Source: Deinococcales bacterium
GTDB taxonomy: Bacteria > Deinococcota > Deinococci > Deinococcales > JAAFIG01
Assembly (NCBI GenBank): GCA_031414595.1
Contig: JANNVX010000094.1
Location: forward strand, 1-11,083
DNA length: 11,083 bases
Direction: 5' to 3'
This document shows, one piece after another, positions 1 through 5,723 of the stretch. The position numbers were made by a program, and so were the translations under genes. The notes beneath the pieces are model-generated. The model saw nothing but the letters and a program-made list of their open reading frames with translations, made no database searches and was not told where the DNA came from. Position 1 is the first letter of the stretch, and every line of letters starts with the position of its first letter.

Positions 1-112
1 GCCATATCACTTGGCGACGAGTTTTTTCTTTGGCATCTTTGCACTGTTTGTAGTGTTTCTCGAGTTCTTCAGTCGTATGGTGGGCGGTTAGAGGTGTGCC
101 TAATCTTGACAT
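1..112 (-). mobile_element. 5' end of a probable IS630-family transposase (N-terminal HTH region), running off the window edge
   Basis: Manual translation from ATG at 112: MSRLGTPLTAHHTTEELEKHYKQCKDAKEKTRRQVIW. This resembles the 'H-x-x-x-EEL-x-x-x-Y...D-x-x-E-x-x-R-x-Q-x-IW' start of IS630 ORFA proteins. A TA+ATACCAA end-like motif lies just upstream (141->133). Not in the ORF track because it is partial. Confidence 0.65.
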
Positions 113-140
113 TCCTTATTATCTACCTAAAGTTGGTATT

Positions 141-212
141 ATACCGTCTTTATTTAGATACCATGCTATCCGCAAAAAACGCGGATTGCTCCGTACCTGT
201 CAAAGACGGTAT
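141..212. repeat. 72-bp element with perfect 11-bp terminal inverted repeats and an internal hairpin (MITE-like)
   Basis: ATACCGTCTTT (141-151) and AAAGACGGTAT (202-212) are exact reverse complements. Internal stem ATCCGC (168-173)/GCGGAT (181-186) with a 7-nt loop. Confidence 0.55.
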
Positions 213-264
213 TTATTGATACTCCTTTTAGTCAAGACGTTCTACGAACTTCTTCAATTTGGTA

Positions 265-786
265 TTACTTAATATCTGGAGTGAATAAGTTTTTTAAGAC
301 CACTGCCCCAGACGGTGACATGATGCCTAATCCACCACTATTGGGTGAAGTCACCAACCATTTTTTGACGGCGCTGTCCGAAACAGCTTCGTTTAACCAT
401 ACGGGTAAACCGACACTGGGATAATTAAAATTCTTATTGATAGGATTTTCGCTTCTCGGGAAAGACAGTGCCAAAGTACAAATCAGGCTTAGCCCAAGGA
501 TAAACCCACCTAAGCCACCAGCCGCTTGGTTGGCAAAATCAGATAGATTCTGCATCAGATCATTTAATAAATTGCGCCCGAGCATCGAAATCAGTGTTCC
601 GAATCCTAGTGCCAGTACAAAACCAATCAGGGGGTGGATACCACCAAAAACATTGACCACCAACCACAACAATAAACTCAGGATTGCCGCCACCAATCCC
701 AGCAGCCCACGCCGAGCGCCAAGCACCACAATGCCAGCCAGCAGCGTCACCAATACCAAGTCTAACCATGTTAAATCAAGCGTCAT
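265..786 (-). CDS. CvpA (colicin V production)-family membrane protein
   Basis: 173 aa. N-terminal 'WLDLVLVTLL...LGARRGL' and later 'NQAAGGLGGFILG' match CvpA-type motifs; several hydrophobic helices. TAGAAT box 7 nt before the ATG. Confidence 0.75.
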   Translation of the reverse strand: MTLDLTWLDLVLVTLLAGIVVLGARRGLLGLVAAILSLLLWLVVNVFGGIHPLIGFVLALGFGTLISMLGRNLLNDLMQNLSDFANQAAGGLGGFILGLSLICTLALSFPRSENPINKNFNYPSVGLPVWLNEAVSDSAVKKWLVTSPNSGGLGIMSPSGAVVLKNLFTPDIK

Positions 787-880
787 TGCAGGTATTCTAC
801 TGCATTATCCTTACCAAAGCGTGACATGGTGATACGACAACGGTATGCCTGACCAGACACAGCACGGTATGCTTTTATGG

Positions 881-1354
881 ATGACTACCGATACCCAAGA
901 CCTCCCAGCCATTGCCCTTGATGTTGGAATTGCCCGAATTGGTTTTGCGGTCTCTGATGTAACAGGCAGGTTTGCTTTCCCAAGGGGCTATGTCAAACGT
1001 CTTAAATTAAGCACCGATATTGCGGCAGTTCGCAACTTTATGCAGCAAGAAAACGCCAGTCTGGTGGTGGTAGGTTTACCGCTTCGTACCGATGGGGCGT
1101 ACTCAGGGCAAACGCAGCGTGTTCGGGCATTTGCCAAAGACCTTGAACGCGCAGGTATTCGGATTGCTTTACAAGATGAGCGCTTTAGCACCAAACTGGC
1201 AAATAGTCAGTTGTTGGTGATTAGTAATAAACGCGATAGGCTCGAGAAGGGCTTGACCGACGCGCAAAGTGCAGTCTTAATTTTAGAAACTTTTCTCGAG
1301 AAACGCCGTTTGCTTTTAGCTGCCAACGCACCCGAAGCCGAATTTGAGGATTAA
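881..1354 (+). CDS. ruvX: Holliday junction resolvase RuvX / pre-16S rRNA nuclease YqgF
   Basis: Motifs ALDVGIARIGFAVSD, VVGLP, QDERFST and DAQSAVLILE. Start moved from 845 to 881 because TATGCT (868-873) lies 7 nt before this ATG, as in the neighbouring leaderless genes. Confidence 0.93.
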   Translation: MTTDTQDLPAIALDVGIARIGFAVSDVTGRFAFPRGYVKRLKLSTDIAAVRNFMQQENASLVVVGLPLRTDGAYSGQTQRVRAFAKDLERAGIRIALQDERFSTKLANSQLLVISNKRDRLEKGLTDAQSAVLILETFLEKRRLLLAANAPEAEFED

Positions 1355-2589
1355 GTGATTGTCTCGGCTTGGCTGGCTTTGAAAGCAGGAGTTTGGAAAG
1401 CCCGTAAAATCAGCACCAAAGAAATAACCGAAAGAACGGCTGCCATAAAAAAGGCGATTCCGGGGATTTTTACGGGGGCTGCCTCGGAAATAAAGTAACC
1501 AAAAGCAGTGTTGGCTAAAAGTGGACCAACCACCCCAGATAAACTGGCAAGACTGGCAAGACTACCTTGTAAAGAACCTTGTTCGTTGGCGGGTACACCC
1601 CTCGAGATGATGCTTTGTAAGGCTGGACCTGCGATTCCGCCAATTGCACCTGCGGCAATAATTGCATACATCATCCAACCTTGGTTGGCTAGTCCATAAA
1701 GCGTAAAACTAATCACTGACGAAACCTGACCAATTAAAATAGCGTTCTTTTCGCCAAAATAGGGCAGTAAAACCCGTATTAAACCACCCTGCATAATTGC
1801 AGCAGTTAAACCCACCACCGCTAAAGAAATACCAACATCGGTCGGAGTCCAATTAAATTTATAGTTGGTGTACAAAACCCAAGTGGTTTGCAAGGCATTT
1901 TGGGCAAGGTAGGACAAGACAATACTGGCAGTCAGCGTCAATACCACAGGGTATTTGGTCAGTGATGTTAAAGAACCGATTGGGTTGGCTCGAGACCACG
2001 AAAAATTGCGGCGATTTTCTAGCCCCAGAGATTCTGGCAAAATAAAAAAACCGTACAACCAGTTAATTAGGGTTAAACCAGCCGCCACAAAAAAAGGCAC
2101 ACGTAAACCGACATCACCCAACACACCACCCAAAGCAGGACCGGCAATAAAGCCAAGTCCAAAAGCCGCGCCAATTAAACCAAAGTTCTGGGCGCGTTTC
2201 TCGGGCGGTGAAACATCGGCAATATACGCCGTGGCAGTCGAAATACTGGCGGAAGTTGTCCCAGCAATGACCCGTCCGATAAAAAACCAAATTAAATTGG
2301 GCGCAAAAGCCAAGAGTAAATAATCTATGCCTAAACCAAAAAGCGAAAGCAGCAAGACTGGACGACGACCATACTTGTCCGATAAACTCCCCAGAATCGG
2401 TGCAAAAATAAACTGCATTAGGGCGTAAACAGCCGTTAAAATGCCTGTATAAAAAGCCGCATTGGAGGTGCTGCCACCCGTGAATTCTTCGATTAACTTG
2501 GGCAGCACTGGAATAATTAGTCCAATGCCAAGAATGTCGAGAAACAAAGTAAAGAATATAAAACCAATCGCTGGTGTACGCTGACTCAT
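1351..2589 (-). CDS. TCR/Tet-family (DHA1) MFS efflux transporter
   Basis: 412 aa, about 12 hydrophobic segments. Motifs '[14 protein letters not shown]', motif A '[14 protein letters not shown]', motif C '[12 protein letters not shown]' and '[17 protein letters not shown]'. Its stop overlaps the ruvX stop (TTAA 1351-1354). Confidence 0.92.
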   Translation of the reverse strand: MSQRTPAIGFIFFTLFLDILGIGLIIPVLPKLIEEFTGGSTSNAAFYTGILTAVYALMQFIFAPILGSLSDKYGRRPVLLLSLFGLGIDYLLLAFAPNLIWFFIGRVIAGTTSASISTATAYIADVSPPEKRAQNFGLIGAAFGLGFIAGPALGGVLGDVGLRVPFFVAAGLTLINWLYGFFILPESLGLENRRNFSWSRANPIGSLTSLTKYPVVLTLTASIVLSYLAQNALQTTWVLYTNYKFNWTPTDVGISLAVVGLTAAIMQGGLIRVLLPYFGEKNAILIGQVSSVISFTLYGLANQGWMMYAIIAAGAIGGIAGPALQSIISRGVPANEQGSLQGSLASLASLSGVVGPLLANTAFGYFISEAAPVKIPGIAFFMAAVLSVISLVLILRAFQTPAFKASQAETIT

Positions 2590-2713
2590 CTGGTGCAGTC
2601 TAACCTAATTTATGCCAAGACGGTAATGTGTTAAATGACTTATGCTAGAGCCTAACATGGGCTGCATTTTCAGTTGCCTCAAAGCATTAAGCCTAGGCAC
2701 TTAAAAAAACGCA

Positions 2714-4048
2714 TCACCGAATTTCATCGGCGGCACGTTGACCACTTTGTAAAGCCCCATGCACGGTTGCCAAATGCGCCCGAGAAGTGGCTTCGCCAGC
2801 AAAATGCAGTCTGCCAATTGGGGCGGCTAAACCAGCAATATCGGCAGGTGTGCTGCCCGCTTGCAGACTCGAGTAACTGCCCCAAGTCAACGGGTCGTTG
2901 CTCCAGCGCGTTAAAAGACTGGCGCTAGGCTCTGGGATTTTACCAAACATGGTTCTTAGGGTTTGCAGCGCACTCGAGACCACAGATGTTTCGTTTTGTT
3001 TGGCAAAGCCTCGAGCCACGCTGCCTGCATTAAACATTACCAGTACAGGTTCGCCAGTCACGGCGCTTAAATCATAGGTTTCTGCCCATTGCCCACGGGT
3101 CTGCCCAATAAAAGCGATTAAGTCGGCTTCGGCATCTGCCCAAAAATTCTTAGGAAAACGTAAAATCGTTTTGTCCAGCACCCCAAAACCGAGGTTGCTA
3201 ATGGCTCGAGTCTTGGCGGCGGATAATTCTGGAATAAATTTTATCGCACCACGTTTTAGCACCCCAAGCGGCACGGTGATAATCGCTTCAGTTGCTTCAA
3301 AAACTCCTTGGTTGGTGGTAATTTTCACGCCGCCAGCATTGTACTCGACACTCGAGACGATGGTTTCAAAACGAATCTCTTGCCCTCGAGCCAGAATTTG
3401 TGGGATTTGACTGTAGCCTTTTTGAAGCATTAAGTCGTCGCCTTGGTCTTCGTCGCTGTCATCATAAAACCGCGTCGAAAGATTCTCGACATCCTCAGCG
3501 TACTCATGTTCGATATTGGCATTGATGCTGTACTCGAGATTCCTGTCCTGCATGGCATTTAAGCGCAGACTGGGTTTTACAGCGTTGATCGTGCTGCGTA
3601 AATTCTGGCTCGAGTCATCACGGCTTGGGTGATTGTCTATTCGTTCGGTCAGGTCTTCAAACTGCGTTTCGATTTCTTGTTCAAGCCGCGATGAAATTTC
3701 GCCTTGTTCGTTAAAAGTTGTGACCCGTTCAAAATCGGTGATTCTGGTACTGAGGTTATTTTGTTTTGCCATCGTTGCAATCGGATTATTTTTTGTGCCA
3801 TGAATCCATTGTGCGCCCATCTCGAGCGGAAAACCCAGTCGTGAATCTGTCCAGACACGCCCACCAATGCGGTTACGAGCCTCGAGAATCAGCACTCGAG
3901 CGCCCCTTGCCGTTAGGCGTTGAGCGGCGGCTAAGCCCGCCACGCCAGCCCCAACAATAATCACATCGGGTTTAGCTTGTGCCACAGCGTGGGCAGAAAA
4001 AGGCAACACAGCCGCCAGTTTAAGCAGGTCTCGGCGATTAAGGCTCAT
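2714..4048 (-). CDS. Flavin-containing monoamine/polyamine oxidase family protein with a Tat signal peptide
   Basis: FAD-binding 'IIVGAGVAGL...LEARNRIGGR', 'GAQWIHG', 'TVPLGVLK' and C-terminal 'FAGEAT...TVHGALQSGQRAA'. N-terminus MSLNRRDLLKLAAVLPFSAHAVAQA is a twin-arginine signal. Start set at 4048 (TACACT at 4059-4054). Confidence 0.9.
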   Translation of the reverse strand: MSLNRRDLLKLAAVLPFSAHAVAQAKPDVIIVGAGVAGLAAAQRLTARGARVLILEARNRIGGRVWTDSRLGFPLEMGAQWIHGTKNNPIATMAKQNNLSTRITDFERVTTFNEQGEISSRLEQEIETQFEDLTERIDNHPSRDDSSQNLRSTINAVKPSLRLNAMQDRNLEYSINANIEHEYAEDVENLSTRFYDDSDEDQGDDLMLQKGYSQIPQILARGQEIRFETIVSSVEYNAGGVKITTNQGVFEATEAIITVPLGVLKRGAIKFIPELSAAKTRAISNLGFGVLDKTILRFPKNFWADAEADLIAFIGQTRGQWAETYDLSAVTGEPVLVMFNAGSVARGFAKQNETSVVSSALQTLRTMFGKIPEPSASLLTRWSNDPLTWGSYSSLQAGSTPADIAGLAAPIGRLHFAGEATSRAHLATVHGALQSGQRAADEIR

Positions 4049-4121
4049 AAAACAGTGTACTTTTTTTGCCAATTATCAGTGTGAGGGATTAAAAATTTGT
4101 TTGTATTCAACTATTTTGTGC

Positions 4122-4149
4122 TTGTAAACTCTAAAACTTCTGCTACACT
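4122..4149 (+). promoter_or_regulatory. sigma70-type promoter for the leaderless antitoxin/PIN operon
   Basis: TTGTAA (4122-4127), 16-nt spacer, extended -10 TG-c-TACACT (4141-4149), ATG 6 nt downstream at 4156. Confidence 0.55.
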
Positions 4150-4155
4150 AAAATC

Positions 4156-4404
4156 ATGATTGCAATTCATTCCAAAACCCAACAAATCATTTTGGAATCC
4201 CTCGAGCAAATCGAACCAATAGCGATTCTGCGAGATGGTCTGATTACAGGATATTACGTGCCTGTTATTCCGAATCATGCGGACACACAGGCAATACGGG
4301 CATCATCTGAGGTGATGCAGCAATGGCTCGAGGCTCGAGGGATTCGTGAGGACGATGTTCTGGCTGATTTTAATTCATTGCGTAAAAATCAACACTCTGC
4401 ATGA
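4156..4404 (+). CDS. Phd/YefM-like antitoxin
   Basis: 82 aa. 'PIAILRDG..TGYYVP' and the C-terminal 'GIREDDVLADFNSLRK' resemble Phd-type antitoxins paired with PIN toxins. Its stop overlaps the PIN start (ATGA 4401-4404). Confidence 0.7.
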   Translation: MIAIHSKTQQIILESLEQIEPIAILRDGLITGYYVPVIPNHADTQAIRASSEVMQQWLEARGIREDDVLADFNSLRKNQHSA

Positions 4405-4610
4405 AACGTATTGTTATAGATGCCAACGTTTTGATTCGAGCTATTCTTGGAGTTCGAGTCGCTGGACATATCGCACAGCACGCAACTACGGTACAATTCT
4501 TGTGTTGGCACTTTGCCTAGGAAGGACGCACCAATACTGGGGCAAGATTGGTATCGGGATGCACTTGGCACATCACTTTACAATCTTCAAACAAGATGAA
4601 ACAATAGAAT
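4401..4610 (+). pseudogene. Decayed PIN-domain (VapC-like) toxin
   Basis: 4401-4520 translates to MKRIVIDANVLIRAILGVRVAGHIAQHATTVQFLCWHFA*, a typical PIN N-terminus (IDAN motif) that stops at 39 aa. Pieces resembling the PIN C-terminus (VLALCL, DAPI, GIG, TW) follow in shifted frames. The right boundary is approximate. Confidence 0.7.
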
Positions 4611-4865
4611 TCCCAAACGACAGCAAAAACCTACAATTTGTAGATAACCTCAAAGACATAAAACCAAGCGAACTCAATGGTACAGGTACAATCGCGGTAC
4701 TCAAATTCACAAATCAAATGAATATGGGCAAAGAAATATTCTCGGTTATCCCCTCGAGTAAACGTTCTAAGTGAATTTGCGGTATCTTTGAGTGCAATGA
4801 AGTTTTCACTCGAGTTGGCAGCAAAAAGCGTCCGTAGGTTTACAAGGGCATAGTTGAATGTCAAA

Positions 4866-5618
4866 TTATAGAGCGTCGAAAAAATCTTTTGCGTCCATTC
4901 CAATATGTTTTATTCCCTGCGTCTTCAAAAAGTCCTGCACTTGAGCATTGAGTGGTTTGCGTGTAACTGCATACCTAGGCGGACGAGCATTACCAAGTGC
5001 TTGATGGAGTTGTTTTTCAATCCAAGTGATGTTCGAGCGTCCAAAACCAAAACCCACATAAACCATTGAGTGGGTTTTAGCCATTTCAATGTATTCCAAA
5101 AACAATGCGGGTTGTGAAACCAAAGCACAGTCCATTTGAAGTTGAGTCAGTGCCAAAGGCGGTTGGTTCATGCCAATATGAGCGATACAGCCGTGCATCT
5201 TGAGATACAGCGTGCCTAGATTCTTTGGTTTTTGCCCTGAAACCCAAGTGACCAATGGCTTTTTAGACTGCTCATAGGAGCGTTCAAGCACCAGATTGTA
5301 ATTGGTTGTAGCAATCATTGCCCAATTTTGCTTGGGGATTTTGAAATGGAAATCGTTTGGAATAAGGTTCTCGAGATAATTAGCAATAAATGCCTCGACC
5401 ACATCGCGCCCATGCAGACTTTCGGCAAACGCACTGACCGACTCGAGTGTATCTCCAACTATACCGAATTCGGTTGTTAATTTTTCTTGTAGCTCTTTAC
5501 CTGTAAGCGGAGGTTTAAGCAGGTCTCTGCTCAGCGCACCTGCGGTTGCGCCAGACCCAAGAAACAGCACCACTTTGCCAGCCTTAATATCCGCTTGCAA
5601 TTGTGTAGGAATGGTCAT
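4866..5618 (-). CDS. Stand-alone SIR2-like (SIR2_2) domain protein with non-canonical motifs
   Basis: 250 aa. VVLFLGSGAT, IATTNYN, YLKMHGC and MVYVGFGF correspond in order to the SIR2-like GAGxS, TTNYD, KxHG and GYS motifs. Confidence 0.85.
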   Translation of the reverse strand: MTIPTQLQADIKAGKVVLFLGSGATAGALSRDLLKPPLTGKELQEKLTTEFGIVGDTLESVSAFAESLHGRDVVEAFIANYLENLIPNDFHFKIPKQNWAMIATTNYNLVLERSYEQSKKPLVTWVSGQKPKNLGTLYLKMHGCIAHIGMNQPPLALTQLQMDCALVSQPALFLEYIEMAKTHSMVYVGFGFGRSNITWIEKQLHQALGNARPPRYAVTRKPLNAQVQDFLKTQGIKHIGMDAKDFFDAL

Positions 5619-5624
5619 GGGCTA

Positions 5625-5652
5625 ATTGTAGGGCAGTCAAGCATTTTGTCAA
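5625..5652 (-). promoter_or_regulatory. Near-consensus sigma70 promoter for the SIR2-like gene (leaderless)
   Basis: Minus strand TTGACA (5652-5647), 16-nt spacer, TACAAT (5630-5625), ATG 6 nt downstream at 5618. Confidence 0.7.
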
Positions 5653-5679
5653 CGCATGAACGCACGATTCGTGAAAATT

Positions 5680-5719
5680 TGCTATGATTTTCCTCACAAA
5701 CTAAAAAGTAAAGCGGGAG
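5680..5719 (+). promoter_or_regulatory. Extended -10 promoter and Shine-Dalgarno for the nitrilase-patatin operon
   Basis: TG-c-TATGAT at 5680-5688. GGGAG at 5715-5719, before the ATG at 5724. Confidence 0.5.
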
Positions 5720-5723
5720 TGAT

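Noticed and set aside
840-872. Direct repeat ACGGTATGC (840-848, 864-872) upstream of ruvX
   Set aside because: Only two 9-bp copies, one overlapping the -10 box; too little to call an operator or array.
1351-2589. Calling the MFS gene tetA (acquired tetracycline resistance)
   Set aside because: There is no adjacent tetR and the context is chromosomal; family motifs alone do not define the substrate.
2687-2710. GCCTAGGC palindrome next to an A-run as a terminator for the oxidase gene
   Set aside because: The stem is weak, and on the minus strand the U-run precedes rather than follows it.
437-3960. Short alternative-frame ORFs (437-832, 560-769, 988-1194, 1508-1699, 1955-2323, 2674-2928, 3171-3410, 3649-3867, 3766-3960)
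   Set aside because: They lie antisense to or out of frame within well-supported genes and have no recognisable motifs; they are shadow ORFs.
4346-4774. 142-aa ORF taken as a single real gene
   Set aside because: Its 5' half overlaps the antitoxin end and the PIN remnant in another frame; it looks like a chance fusion of fragments.
4631-4903. Minus-strand ORF as a frameshifted continuation of the SIR2 gene
   Set aside because: It has no Walker A, TPR or other motif expected of a SIR2 fusion partner, so a continuation cannot be supported.
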